Shown one piece after another: positions 36,505 to 45,816 of a DNA stretch of 64,000 bases; position 1 is the stretch's first letter, and every line of letters starts with the position of its first letter. The DNA is taken from contig JAJBTU010000023.1 of NCBI GenBank assembly GCA_020860715.1, forward strand, positions 38,692 to 102,691, written 5' to 3'. The stretch comes from Clostridiales bacterium. Lineage in GTDB: Bacteria > Bacillota > Clostridia > Lachnospirales > Lachnospiraceae. A model generated the notes under the pieces. The model was given only the letters and a program-made list of their open reading frames with translations, made no database searches and was not told where the DNA came from. The position numbers and the translations under genes are program-made.

Positions 36505-37418
36505 CCTTCCACCTCCAGTAATGTGAGAATCAGAGCCATGCGGACATATACGCCGTACTGTGCCTGTTTGAAGTAGACGGCGCGCGGGTCGTCGTCGATC
36601 TCAACGGAGATCTCGTTGACGCGGGGCAGCGGGTGCAGCACCAGCATGTCCTCTTTGGCGAGCTTCATTTTTTCTTTGTCGAGGATATAGAAGTCTTTCA
36701 TGCGGATGTAATCCTCTTCGTTGAAGAAGCGCTCCCTCTGGACGCGGGTCATGTAGAGCAGATCCAGCTGCGGGATCGCGTCCTCCAGGCGAACCTCTTC
36801 GCGGAAATCCTGATGGTTCTTTTTGAGAACGCCGTCACGGATGTTATCCGGCAGCCGGAGCTCTTCCGGGGAGATCAGCACGAACCGGATATTCGGATAG
36901 CGGATGAGCGCCTGTATCAGGGAGTGGACTGTGCGGCCGAACTTCAGGTCGCCGCAGAGACCGATGGTAAAATTGTCAAGCCGGCCCTTCAGGGAGCGGA
37001 TGGTCAAAAGGTCGGTCAGAGTCTGCGTCGGATGCTGATGGCCGCCGTCTCCTGCGTTGATGATCGGGATGGATGATTTCATGGAAGCTACGAGCGGGGC
37101 ACCCTCTTTGGGGTGGCGCATGGCGCAGATATCCGCATAACAGGAGATGACGCGGATGGTGTCGGACACACTCTCGCCCTTGGCGGCGGAGCTGGAATCG
37201 GCCGAAGAAAAACCAAGTACGCTGCCCCCTAAATTCAACATTGCTGCCTCAAAACTTAAACGGGTTCTTGTACTTGGTTCATAAAATAAAGTCGCTAATT
37301 TTTTGCCCTCGCAGGAATGGGCATATCGGGAAGGGTGGGCTTCAATGTCATTGGCGAGATCGAGAAGCCGGTCCAGCTCTTCCACGGATAAATCGAGCGG
37401 GCTCATCAGGTGTTTCAT
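36498..37418 (-). CDS. pyrB: Aspartate carbamoyltransferase catalytic subunit
   Basis: ORF track 36498..37454, trimmed to [15 protein letters not shown] (GAAGGAGGA SD). Motifs: ...[13 protein letters not shown]..., ...HPTQ..., ...HPLPRV. Confidence 0.9.
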   Translation of the reverse strand: MKHLMSPLDLSVEELDRLLDLANDIEAHPSRYAHSCEGKKLATLFYEPSTRTRLSFEAAMLNLGGSVLGFSSADSSSAAKGESVSDTIRVISCYADICAMRHPKEGAPLVASMKSSIPIINAGDGGHQHPTQTLTDLLTIRSLKGRLDNFTIGLCGDLKFGRTVHSLIQALIRYPNIRFVLISPEELRLPDNIRDGVLKKNHQDFREEVRLEDAIPQLDLLYMTRVQRERFFNEEDYIRMKDFYILDKEKMKLAKEDMLVLHPLPRVNEISVEIDDDPRAVYFKQAQYGVYVRMALILTLLEVEGC

Positions 37419-37449
37419 GGTATCCTCCTTCAAATGCATGTTGTGATTT

Positions 37450-37478
37450 ATCATACTCTATCTGGTATGGAAATTCAA
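37450..37478 (-). promoter_or_regulatory. Sigma-A-type promoter of pyrBI
   Basis: Minus strand: TTGAAT (comp. 37473-37478), 17-nt spacer, TATGAT (comp. 37450-37455). Confidence 0.55.
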
Positions 37479-37619
37479 GAGGTTTTTGGTCGGGATTTTA
37501 CATGTTTACAGATTGACTTCCGTGTCCTTTTTCGGTATGATTAGGAAAGCACACGGACGACAGTCAGATGCTGTGTGCGCGGCGGATGCCGGGTGGAGTT
37601 TTATGGTGGTGTTTTATCA

Positions 37620-39626
37620 ATGGATGAAATGAAAAGAACGGTTTATACAAAAGAAGAACTCTCGGAGCGGGTGAAGATTTCCCCGATGGTAGAGTCGGAT
37701 TTAAAACGAATCATTACGGACCGGATGGAACAGTGCGGTCTGTATTTTCGTGTATTTTCCCGTGTCAAGACGGCGGCCTCCATGGCACGCAAGTTTGAGC
37801 AGAAGGACTACAGCGGAGAGCACAAGCTGCAGGATCTGGTCGGTGTGCGGATCAATCTTTATTTTGATGATGACGTAGAGATCTGCCGCCATGTGATGGA
37901 GCAGACGTTTGAGGTACTGGAATGGTCGACATCGGAACGCAGTGATGATGAGTTTAAGCCGACCAAGCTGAATGGTGTGTTCCGCCTGCCGGAATATTTA
38001 AAGAGTGAGATTTCGGCGGACACCTGGGAGATGTGCATCGACGATACGTTTGAGATACAGATTAAAACGATGTTTTTTGAGGGCTGGCATGAGATTGAGC
38101 ATGACATGCGCTACAAGGGAGAGGAACTCTGGAACAGTTACCCGGGGTTTTCCCGTTATCTGAACAGCATTCTGGCGACGCTGGAGCTCTGTGACAAGTC
38201 GATGGTGACGCTGTTTGAGGAACTTGGCCATACCCTCTACAAGGCCGGGCGCTGGAGCGACATGATCAAAAGCCATTTCCGGGTCAAAATGAGCGACGCT
38301 TCGCTGTATCCGGAGCTGGAGGAACTGCTGAATAAGGATCTGGAAAATGTTGAGAACCTCGCTAAGGCGATTTATAAGACGCCGCGCGTCGTGCTGGTTG
38401 ACCAGCTCTTAAAGCGCAGCCGGCGTGTGCCGATCAATGTCAATACGATCATTGCGCTGCTGAATGACGGTGTGTTTCATGACAGCCGGCTGACGACGAT
38501 TTTCCGCAAGCACGACGTCTATAACGACGGCAGGGAGGCGAGCCTTGCGGAGTCCCGCCATTATGAACTGCGCACGCTTACCAGGCAGACGGCGTTTCAG
38601 ATGAGCACGGAAGTAGACGGCAGCCGTATGAAGAGCGCGTTCGCGGAAACACAAAAGACGGAAGGGACCGCCCATGCGGAAAACGCCTCGCGCTCGTGCA
38701 GCGCGGATGAGATTTTCCGCGCCTGTGTGCAGCAGATCTACGACTGGATTGTGAAAAAATACGGGCAGCTGTTTAAGGATATGCCGACGCAGCCGGCGAC
38801 GTATCATGCGGATATTCTGGCCTATCATGTGGCGGTGAATCTGGATTATGAGAGAAGCCGCATGAATATGCATGTGCGGCATATGGATCCGGAGGTCGCG
38901 GGACGCATCTGGTATTCGGAGGCGAGCCTTACGATCAATGAAGAAGAAAAGGTCTGGCTCTGCGTTTCGAACGGTTATGCGGAGGCAAAGAAAGACGACC
39001 GGCCGGAGAAGGACGGCGCAGGGATATTTTTCAGCTATCCCGGTTATTATAAAACGATTGTGGATACGATCGGTATTTTTAACAGCCTGCCCTGCTCGAA
39101 CCGCAGGAGGATCATCCGCGAAGAAGCTCTTCCCGGACTGGAAAAGGCGCTGCAGGACCGCAGCCGTAATTTTCCGATCGTCATCATTATCTCTGAGGAA
39201 GACGAGGACGGCATGATGGACGAGGACTGGCTCGGCCAGTTTCGGGTATCGGATTTTACCAGGACCGTCTGCCGCTATGCGCACGTGCTGACCTGCTATG
39301 AGGAGGTCGGGAAAAAACTTCTGGGTCATCTTCAGAAAAAGAATATTTTCACTCCGGCGGATAATACGGCTTTTGATGCGGCATATTTTCCGCGGCTGTA
39401 CATCTTCTGGCCGGAGGGCAATGTGGACGATTTCGGACCGGAGGATGTGGAGAACTGCAGCTTTGGCCGCCATCTGGAGGCGCGCTCTGACGCGCGCACC
39501 TATGACATTGTCCGCGGCGGGCAGGCGCTCTATCACAAGGTCGTGACCGACCTGCGGGACTGGAATGTTTCCGCAAATATGTGGGACGGCTTCCAGCTGG
39601 AGATTATGACAGAGATTCCAACGTGA
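37620..39626 (+). CDS. RelA/SpoT-homologue (small-alarmone-synthetase-like nucleotidyltransferase) domain fused to a ~430-aa uncharacterised C-terminal region (668 aa)
   Basis: ORF track 37575..39626, trimmed to MDEMKRT. The synthetase-type motifs are FSRVKTAASMARKFEQK, LQDLVGVRINLYFDDDVE, KPTKLNGVFRL and FEIQIKTMFFEGWHEIEHDMRYKG (38049-38120). I recognise nothing in the rest. Confidence 0.7.
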   Translation: MDEMKRTVYTKEELSERVKISPMVESDLKRIITDRMEQCGLYFRVFSRVKTAASMARKFEQKDYSGEHKLQDLVGVRINLYFDDDVEICRHVMEQTFEVLEWSTSERSDDEFKPTKLNGVFRLPEYLKSEISADTWEMCIDDTFEIQIKTMFFEGWHEIEHDMRYKGEELWNSYPGFSRYLNSILATLELCDKSMVTLFEELGHTLYKAGRWSDMIKSHFRVKMSDASLYPELEELLNKDLENVENLAKAIYKTPRVVLVDQLLKRSRRVPINVNTIIALLNDGVFHDSRLTTIFRKHDVYNDGREASLAESRHYELRTLTRQTAFQMSTEVDGSRMKSAFAETQKTEGTAHAENASRSCSADEIFRACVQQIYDWIVKKYGQLFKDMPTQPATYHADILAYHVAVNLDYERSRMNMHVRHMDPEVAGRIWYSEASLTINEEEKVWLCVSNGYAEAKKDDRPEKDGAGIFFSYPGYYKTIVDTIGIFNSLPCSNRRRIIREEALPGLEKALQDRSRNFPIVIIISEEDEDGMMDEDWLGQFRVSDFTRTVCRYAHVLTCYEEVGKKLLGHLQKKNIFTPADNTAFDAAYFPRLYIFWPEGNVDDFGPEDVENCSFGRHLEARSDARTYDIVRGGQALYHKVVTDLRDWNVSANMWDGFQLEIMTEIPT

Positions 39627-39644
39627 TGCCAGGGAGGATTTATT

Positions 39645-41351
39645 TTGAGCACGATTACAGATGAAATGGAGAGCCACGCCATGGAAAGCCGCGCTGAAGC
39701 GCGGGGGCGTGGTACCGTCCTCGATTCCCAGCGGGAATCGGGACATAGCCTGCGTCCTGCACCAAAGAGCGATGCAGGACATGAAATTACGAAAAGGCGC
39801 ACGTTCGCCATAATTTCCCACCCGGACGCGGGCAAGACGACTCTGACGGAGAAGTTTCTTCTCTATGGAGGGGCGATCAATCTGGCCGGTTCGGTAAAGG
39901 GAAAAGCGACCATGCGCCATGCGGTCTCTGACTGGATGGAGATTGAAAAAGAGAGAGGAATCTCGGTGACCTCGTCGGTGCTGCAGTTTAATTACGGCGG
40001 CTACTGCATCAACATTCTGGATACGCCGGGGCATCAGGACTTCTCGGAGGATACGTACCGTACGCTGATGGCGGCGGACTCGGCGGTGATGGTCATTGAC
40101 GCATCCAAGGGCGTGGAGGCGCAGACAAGAAAGCTGTTTAAGGTCTGCGTGATGCGCCATATCCCGATTTTTACCTTTATCAATAAACTCGACCGCGACG
40201 CGAACGACACATTTGAGCTGCTGGACGAGATCGAGAAGGAACTCGGCATTGCGACCTGCCCAATCAACTGGCCGATCGGTTCCGGAAAGAACTTTAAGGG
40301 CGTGTACGAGCGCGAGACCCGTCAGGTCCTGACCTTTACGGACACGCAGAAGGGCACTAAGATGGGCGTTGAGACCCGGATCGACGTGGATTCGCCCGAA
40401 CTGGAGGAGTTCATCGGCACGGAGAACAAGGAACAGCTGCTGGAGGAGATTGAACTGCTCGACGGGGCTTCCGCGGAGTTTGATCAGGAAAAGGTCAGCG
40501 CGGGTGAACTCTCGCCGGTGTTTTTCGGTTCGGCTCTGACAAACTTCGGCGTTGAAGTCTTTTTGCAGCATTTCCTGAAAATGACGACTCCGCCGCTGCC
40601 GCGAAAAGCGGACTGCGGCATCATCGACCCGATGACGGAGAATTTTTCCGCGTTTGTTTTTAAAATCCAGGCAAATATGAACCGGGCGCATCGTGACCGT
40701 ATCGCGTTCATGCGCATCTGCTCCGGTAAGTTTGACGCGGGGATGGAGGTCTATCATGTGCAGGGGGACCGCACGCAGCGCCTTTCCCAGCCGCAGCAGA
40801 TGATGGCGCAGGAGCGCCATGTCGTGCAGGAGGCTTATGCCGGGGACATCATCGGCGTCTTTGACCCGGGCATTTTTTCCATCGGCGATACGATCTGCAT
40901 GCCGGGCAAAAAGTTTGCCTACGAGGGCATCCCGACTTTCGCGCCGGAGCATTTCGCGCGTGTGCGCCAGATCGACACGATGAAGCGCAAGCAGTTTGTC
41001 AAGGGCATCACCCAGATCGCGCAGGAGGGCGCGATCCAGATATTCCAGGAGTTCAACACCGGCATGGAGGAGATTATCGTCGGCGTGGTCGGCGTTCTGC
41101 AGTTCGACGTCCTGAAATATCGTCTGGAGAATGAATATAATGTAGAGATCCGTTTGGATATGCTGCCCTACGAATACATCCGCTGGATTGAGAATGAGGA
41201 AATCGATCTGGAACATCTGGTCGGCACTTCGGATATGAAGAAGATCCGCGACCTCAAGGGCCGCCCGCTGCTGCTGTTCGTCAACAGCTGGTCGGTCGGC
41301 ATGGTGCTGGAGCGCAACGAGGGGCTGAGACTTGCTGAGTTCGGACGTTAG
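39645..41351 (+). CDS. prfC: Peptide chain release factor 3 (TTG start, ~45-aa N-terminal extension)
   Basis: An AGGGAGGA SD lies 6 nt before TTG 39645. Motifs: RRTFAIISHPDAGKTTLTEKFLLYGGAI..., DTPGHQDFSEDTYR, NKLDR. Confidence 0.9.
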   Translation: MSTITDEMESHAMESRAEARGRGTVLDSQRESGHSLRPAPKSDAGHEITKRRTFAIISHPDAGKTTLTEKFLLYGGAINLAGSVKGKATMRHAVSDWMEIEKERGISVTSSVLQFNYGGYCINILDTPGHQDFSEDTYRTLMAADSAVMVIDASKGVEAQTRKLFKVCVMRHIPIFTFINKLDRDANDTFELLDEIEKELGIATCPINWPIGSGKNFKGVYERETRQVLTFTDTQKGTKMGVETRIDVDSPELEEFIGTENKEQLLEEIELLDGASAEFDQEKVSAGELSPVFFGSALTNFGVEVFLQHFLKMTTPPLPRKADCGIIDPMTENFSAFVFKIQANMNRAHRDRIAFMRICSGKFDAGMEVYHVQGDRTQRLSQPQQMMAQERHVVQEAYAGDIIGVFDPGIFSIGDTICMPGKKFAYEGIPTFAPEHFARVRQIDTMKRKQFVKGITQIAQEGAIQIFQEFNTGMEEIIVGVVGVLQFDVLKYRLENEYNVEIRLDMLPYEYIRWIENEEIDLEHLVGTSDMKKIRDLKGRPLLLFVNSWSVGMVLERNEGLRLAEFGR

Positions 41352-41437
41352 GGATTGCGAGCCAAATTGAAATAAGGTGTGGCAGCAGCAGCCTGTTTAT
41401 GCTATACTGGCGGTATATGGGAAATGGGGGTGTTGCA

Positions 41438-41983
41438 ATGCCTTTATTGAAAGAACAATTGTGTACTGTAAATGATATCTTTGCCTTACCGGATGGAGAG
41501 AGAGCAGAACTGATAGATGGCGTTATGTATGATATGTCAACGCCGTCCACACAGCACCAGAGGGTTGTGCATTATCTCGACCGTACAGTAGGCAATTATA
41601 TTGCGGCTCACGAAGGAAAATGCGAAGTCTTTCCTGCACCTTTTGCAGTGTTCCTGAATCAGGACGATTACAATTATTTCGAACCGGATATAACAGTTGT
41701 GTGTGATTCCTCTAAATTGGATGATAAGGGGTGTCACGGAGCGCCGGACTGGATCATTGAGATTGTTTCCCCATCAAGCCGCTCCATGGATTATATTAAG
41801 AAGATGTTTAAATACCGTAAAGCCGGCGTTCTGGAATATTGGATTGTTGATCCGGAGAAGGATTCCGTTACGGTTTATGATTTTAAGGGCGAGGGTGGCG
41901 GCAGCTATTCCATGTCAGATGTGATACCGGTTGGGATTTACAATGGAGATTTGCAGATAGATTTTGCAGAATTGAAAATATAA
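41438..41983 (+). CDS. Uma2-family (DUF820) PD-(D/E)XK endonuclease
   Basis: ORF track 41399..41983, trimmed to MPLLKEQ. Motifs: ERAELIDGVMYDMSTPSTQHQ..., EPDITVVC..., APDWIIEIVSPSS..., KYRKAGVLEYWIVDP. Confidence 0.75.
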   Translation: MPLLKEQLCTVNDIFALPDGERAELIDGVMYDMSTPSTQHQRVVHYLDRTVGNYIAAHEGKCEVFPAPFAVFLNQDDYNYFEPDITVVCDSSKLDDKGCHGAPDWIIEIVSPSSRSMDYIKKMFKYRKAGVLEYWIVDPEKDSVTVYDFKGEGGGSYSMSDVIPVGIYNGDLQIDFAELKI

Positions 41984-41999
41984 AATGTGGAGGTACCCT

Positions 42000-42386
42000 A
42001 TGGAAAATGCAGAAGTTCACACTTATAAATTAGACAATGACGAGAAGTTTGGTGAAGTGAGCATCGCAGATGAGGTTGTGGCGATGATCGCGGGCCTTGC
42101 CGCTTCCGAGGTGGAAGGAGTTGCTTCCATGGCGGGAAATGTGACGCGCGACCTGATCAATAAGCTGAGCATGAAGAGTCTCTCGAAAGGCGTCCGGATT
42201 ACCGTTGACGAGAATAAGACTGTGAAGGCAGCGCTGGCGCTCAACATCCGTTACGGCTACAATGTACCGGATATCTGTGTTCAGGTGCAGGAAAAGGTAA
42301 AGACGGCGATCGAGACGATGACGGGCCTTACCGTAGCTGAGGTCAATGTCAAGATTGTTAATGTTCAGATGGAAGAAAATCAGTAA
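42000..42386 (+). CDS. Asp23/Gls24-family envelope stress protein
   Basis: ORF track 41985..42386, trimmed to MENAEVH (GGAGG SD). FGEVSIADEVVAMIAGLAASEVEGVASM... is typical of the family. Confidence 0.8.
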   Translation: MENAEVHTYKLDNDEKFGEVSIADEVVAMIAGLAASEVEGVASMAGNVTRDLINKLSMKSLSKGVRITVDENKTVKAALALNIRYGYNVPDICVQVQEKVKTAIETMTGLTVAEVNVKIVNVQMEENQ

Positions 42387-42428
42387 ACAGCCGGACAGCG
42401 CAGCTGTGAGTGAGGGACGCTAAGAGGA

Positions 42429-42851
42429 ATGAAAAGAAGCGAGATCAGAGAAAATGTTTTTAAACTGGTATTCTGCGGGGATTTTCACAGCATGTCGGAG
42501 CTGCCCTGTCAGATAGACCGTTTTTTCGAGGAGGCGGCTCTTCCGGATGAGGAGAGCGGGTTTTCAAAATTCAGTGAGGAAGAGCGGCAGGAGATTACGG
42601 ACCGGTTCAATCAGGTGAAGGACCGGGTTCAGGAGATCGACGCAAAAATCAATGATGTGGCGCAGGGCTGGAAGACGGAGCGTATGGGAAAGGCTGAACT
42701 GGCGGTCCTGAGGCTGGCTGTGTATGAGATGCTGTATGATGAGACCGTCCCTGTGAAGGTGGCGATCAATGAGGCAGTGGAACTTGCCAGAAAATATGGC
42801 GGAGAAGATGCGCCGGCCTTTGTCAACGGAGTGCTGGCGAAGCTGGCCTGA
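42429..42851 (+). CDS. nusB: Transcription antitermination factor NusB
   Basis: MKRSEIRENVFKLVF...ELAVLRLAVYEMLYDETVPVKVAINEAVELARKYGGEDAPAFVNGVL. Confidence 0.88.
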   Translation: MKRSEIRENVFKLVFCGDFHSMSELPCQIDRFFEEAALPDEESGFSKFSEEERQEITDRFNQVKDRVQEIDAKINDVAQGWKTERMGKAELAVLRLAVYEMLYDETVPVKVAINEAVELARKYGGEDAPAFVNGVLAKLA

Positions 42852-42860
42852 CGCCTGTAT

Positions 42861-42949
42861 GGATGATCCCATCCGGTCAGGATGGGATGCCTTCCGGCGA
42901 GGATTATCCCATCCGGTCAGGATGGGATGCCTTCCGGCGAGGATTCCCC
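42861..42949. repeat. 40-bp tandem repeat, 2.2 copies, each unit carrying a TCCCATCC-GGTCA-GGATGGGA hairpin
   Basis: Units 42861-42900 and 42901-42940 differ at 2 positions. A partial third unit runs into CCCCTTTTTG. Confidence 0.9.
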
Positions 42950-43000
42950 TTTTTGCAGGGTGAGAAGCCATCCGGCCAGAGGGCGGGGCAAAGGAAAAGG

Positions 43001-44212
43001 ATGCAGCAAAAAGTTTATTCGGTTGGCCAGATCAACAGCTACATTAAAAATATGTTTACGCAGGACTTTGTGCTGAACCGCGTCAGTGTGTCCGGGGAAG
43101 TATCCAACTGCAAGTACCATTCGTCCGGGCATATTTATTTTTCCCTGAAGGACGAATCAGGGACGCTTGCCTGCGTGATGTTTGCCAGTGCCAGGACGGG
43201 ACTGGCTTTTCGGCTGTCTGACGGAATGCAGGTCGTAGTGAGCGGAAGCGTGGGCGTCTATGAGCGGGATGGAAAATATCAGCTTTACGCGGCACGCATT
43301 CAGAGGGACGGCGCCGGACTTTTGTACGAACGATATCTGGCTCTGAAGCAGGAACTGGAAGAGATGGGGATGTTCGCGCCTGAATACAAGCAGCCGATCC
43401 CTTCCTTTGTGAGAAAACTCGGCGTGGTGACGGCCCCGACCGGGGCGGCCGTGCGGGATATCATTACAGTCTCGAAACGCCGCAGCCCCGGGATTCAGAT
43501 TTACCTCTATCCGGCAAAGGTACAGGGAGACGGGGCGGCTGAAAGTGTGGCGGCCGGCCTGCGTGCGCTGGATGCGCTGGGACTGGACGTGATCATTGCT
43601 GGGCGCGGCGGCGGCTCTATCGAGGATTTGTGGGCGTTTAATGAAGAAATCGTCGCACGGGCGATTTTTGACTGCCGGACGCCGGTGATCTCAGCGGTCG
43701 GGCATGAGACGGACACGACGATTGCCGATTATGCGGCGGATCTGCGCGCACCGACACCGTCGGCGGCCGCGGAACTTGCGGTGCCGGATACCGGAGCACT
43801 CCTGGATCAGCTTGAGGCCGGAAGGCAGTCTCTTGACCGGCTGATGAAAAACCGGGTTTCTTTTGAACGTATGAAACTGGAACAATACCAGCTGCGTATG
43901 CGTTATGCTTCCCCGCAGCAGCGTGTGCGGGAGCAGAGGCAGAGGCTGGCCGATCTGGAGGAGAACCTGACGGAAGCGATGCGGGGGCTGCTGGAGCTGA
44001 GAAAACAGCAGATGGCGCTTTACGTACAGAAACTGAAAAGTGTTTCACCCCTGGAAAAACTGACGCAGGGATATTCCTGTGTGACGGATGCGGCCGGCGC
44101 ACGCGTTTACTCGATTGCCCAGGTGGCGGATGGAGATGCGGTGCGCATCTATGTGTCGGATGGCTGTATTGAGACGGAAGTGACCGGGACAGAGACTCTT
44201 AAAGCACGGTGA
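43001..44212 (+). CDS. xseA: Exodeoxyribonuclease VII large subunit
   Basis: ORF track 42863..44212, trimmed to MQQKVYSVGQINSYIKNMF... (AAGGAAAAGG SD). An OB-fold N-terminus is followed by the ...GRGGGSIEDLWAFNEE... motif. Confidence 0.88.
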   Translation: MQQKVYSVGQINSYIKNMFTQDFVLNRVSVSGEVSNCKYHSSGHIYFSLKDESGTLACVMFASARTGLAFRLSDGMQVVVSGSVGVYERDGKYQLYAARIQRDGAGLLYERYLALKQELEEMGMFAPEYKQPIPSFVRKLGVVTAPTGAAVRDIITVSKRRSPGIQIYLYPAKVQGDGAAESVAAGLRALDALGLDVIIAGRGGGSIEDLWAFNEEIVARAIFDCRTPVISAVGHETDTTIADYAADLRAPTPSAAAELAVPDTGALLDQLEAGRQSLDRLMKNRVSFERMKLEQYQLRMRYASPQQRVREQRQRLADLEENLTEAMRGLLELRKQQMALYVQKLKSVSPLEKLTQGYSCVTDAAGARVYSIAQVADGDAVRIYVSDGCIETEVTGTETLKAR

Positions 44213-44220
44213 GCGCTGAC

Positions 44221-44286
44221 TGCGGGGCTGCAAAACAGAAATTGCGGGACAGTAAAACAGAGACTGCGGGACAGCAAAACAGAAAA
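44221..44286. repeat. 22-bp tandem repeat x3 (TGCGGGRCWGYAAAACAGARAY) between xseA and xseB
   Basis: TGCGGG anchors at 44221, 44243 and 44265. Confidence 0.85.
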
Positions 44287-44331
44287 ACCGGGAAACGATA
44301 CCGGACAATATTCAGAAAGGCGAAGGAGAGG

Positions 44332-44604
44332 ATGGACGAGCGCGAGAAGAAAAATTCCGTACAGGGACCCGATGCGGCGGCAGTGCCGGAAGCGGGGCAG
44401 GAACAGCAGCTTTCCCTTGAGGCATCTTTTGAAAAACTGGATGACCTTTTGGAACGGCTGGAGGATCGGGAGATTCCGCTGGAAGAGGCGTTTGCCCTGT
44501 ATCAGCAGGGAGTAGAGCTGATCCGCCGATGCAATGAGAAGATTGATACTGTAGAAAAGAAGATTCTTGTGATGACAGGAGATGGTGGATTTGAAGAATT
44601 TTGA
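44332..44604 (+). CDS. xseB: Exodeoxyribonuclease VII small subunit
   Basis: ORF track 44209..44604, trimmed to MDEREKK (GAAGGAGAGG SD). Contains ...SFEKLDDLLERLEDREIPLEEAFALYQQGVELIRRC. Confidence 0.8.
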   Translation: MDEREKKNSVQGPDAAAVPEAGQEQQLSLEASFEKLDDLLERLEDREIPLEEAFALYQQGVELIRRCNEKIDTVEKKILVMTGDGGFEEF

Positions 44605-45511
44605 TGAGCAGATGAAAAAACGCGCAGCGGAGATCACCAGCGTGATCCGCGGTTATCTGCCGGAGGCGGAAACACTCTCCGCACGGGACGGTGCTGTGGA
44701 TGAATTTCAGAACACGCTTCTGGACGCGATGAATTACAGTATGCTGGTCGGCGGCAAAAAGCTGCGCCCGCTTTTGATGCAGCAGACCTATGTGATGTTC
44801 GGGGGAACTTCGAACGCGATACGGCCTTTTATGGCAGCGATAGAAATGATTCATACGCATTCTCTGATTCATGATGATCTGCCTGCGCTGGACGACGACG
44901 AATATCGGCGCGGGAAAAAGACGACGCATGTGGTCTACGGTGAGGCGATGGCAATTCTCGCCGGAGACGCGCTTCTGAATCTGGCTTATGAGACGGCGGT
45001 GAAAGCGTTTGCGGAAGCGCCGGGCGACCCGAATGTGGCGCGCGCACTCGAAATCCTGACGCGAAAGACCGGCGCCTACGGTATGCTGGGCGGACAGTCG
45101 GTGGATGTGGAGTATGCCGGCCGGCCGCTGACCGACGAACAGCTTTCTTTTATATACGGTCTAAAGACCGGAGCTCTGATTGAATCCTCCATGATGATCG
45201 GCGCGGTGCTCGCGGGCGCGTCAGACAAAGAAGTGGAGCAGATCGAGCGGGCGGCGCACTGTGTCGGGATGGCGTTTCAGATACAGGATGACATTCTGGA
45301 TGTCACCGGCAGGGAAGAAGAACTTGGCAAGCCGGTCAACAGCGATGAGAAGAATCAGAAGACGACCTGGGTGACCGTACACGGCCTGGATGAGGCGCGG
45401 GAAACCGTGGAGCAGTATTCAAAAGAAGCGGTGCGGCTGCTGGGCGATCTGCCGTACGAGAATGAGTTCCTGGATGAACTGATATTGAACCTGATACATC
45501 GTACTATGTGA
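44582..45511 (+). CDS. ispA: (2E,6E)-farnesyl/geranyl diphosphate synthase (polyprenyl synthetase)
   Basis: GGKKLRP..., first Asp-rich motif LIHDDLPALDDDEYRRG, second FQIQDDILD. Confidence 0.88.
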   Translation: MVDLKNFDEQMKKRAAEITSVIRGYLPEAETLSARDGAVDEFQNTLLDAMNYSMLVGGKKLRPLLMQQTYVMFGGTSNAIRPFMAAIEMIHTHSLIHDDLPALDDDEYRRGKKTTHVVYGEAMAILAGDALLNLAYETAVKAFAEAPGDPNVARALEILTRKTGAYGMLGGQSVDVEYAGRPLTDEQLSFIYGLKTGALIESSMMIGAVLAGASDKEVEQIERAAHCVGMAFQIQDDILDVTGREEELGKPVNSDEKNQKTTWVTVHGLDEARETVEQYSKEAVRLLGDLPYENEFLDELILNLIHRTM

Positions 45512-45524
45512 AATATTTTTAGAA

Positions 45525-45816
45525 CACATTTGCGCCTGAACAATTCATGGCCTCATGCATCCGCAAGCAGACGGTAGGCAGATTTTTGCAGACTTTTTGA
45601 GCATAGCTTCCCTCGCTTCGCCATTGTCTGAGCGAAGCGAGACATGTCCTGATTCTCGAAGAGAATCCAGGATGCAGGCCGTGCCTCGCCGTTAGGCGAT
45701 TTAGTCATGGCACGGCTTCCCGTTCAGCGAAGCGAGGGATAATAAGCGGCGGAAAAAAGCGCAAAAATCAACGTGTCTGCTGTGGATGCTGGGGTCATGA
45801 ATGTGGCGTAAATGTG
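45525..45816. repeat. Hyper-palindromic ~290-bp intergenic element, copy A (MITE-like or structured RNA)
   Basis: It has nested inverted repeats throughout: outer CACATTTGCGCC / GGCGTAAATGTG, then TTCATGGCCTCATGCATCCGCAAGCAGAC / GTCTGCTGTGGATGCTGGGGTCATGAA, then inner GCTTCCCTCGCTTCGC / GCGAAGCGAGGGA. The core aligns in reverse complement with 63650-63925. Confidence 0.8.

Noticed and set aside
38409-41216. 935-aa minus-strand ORF, the second longest in the window
   Set aside because: It lies entirely antisense to the 3' half of the RelA/SpoT-fusion gene and to prfC, whose identity is unambiguous. The translation is Arg/His/Leu-rich low-complexity sequence typical of the reverse frame of GC-rich genes. 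It has no SD and no recognisable motif.
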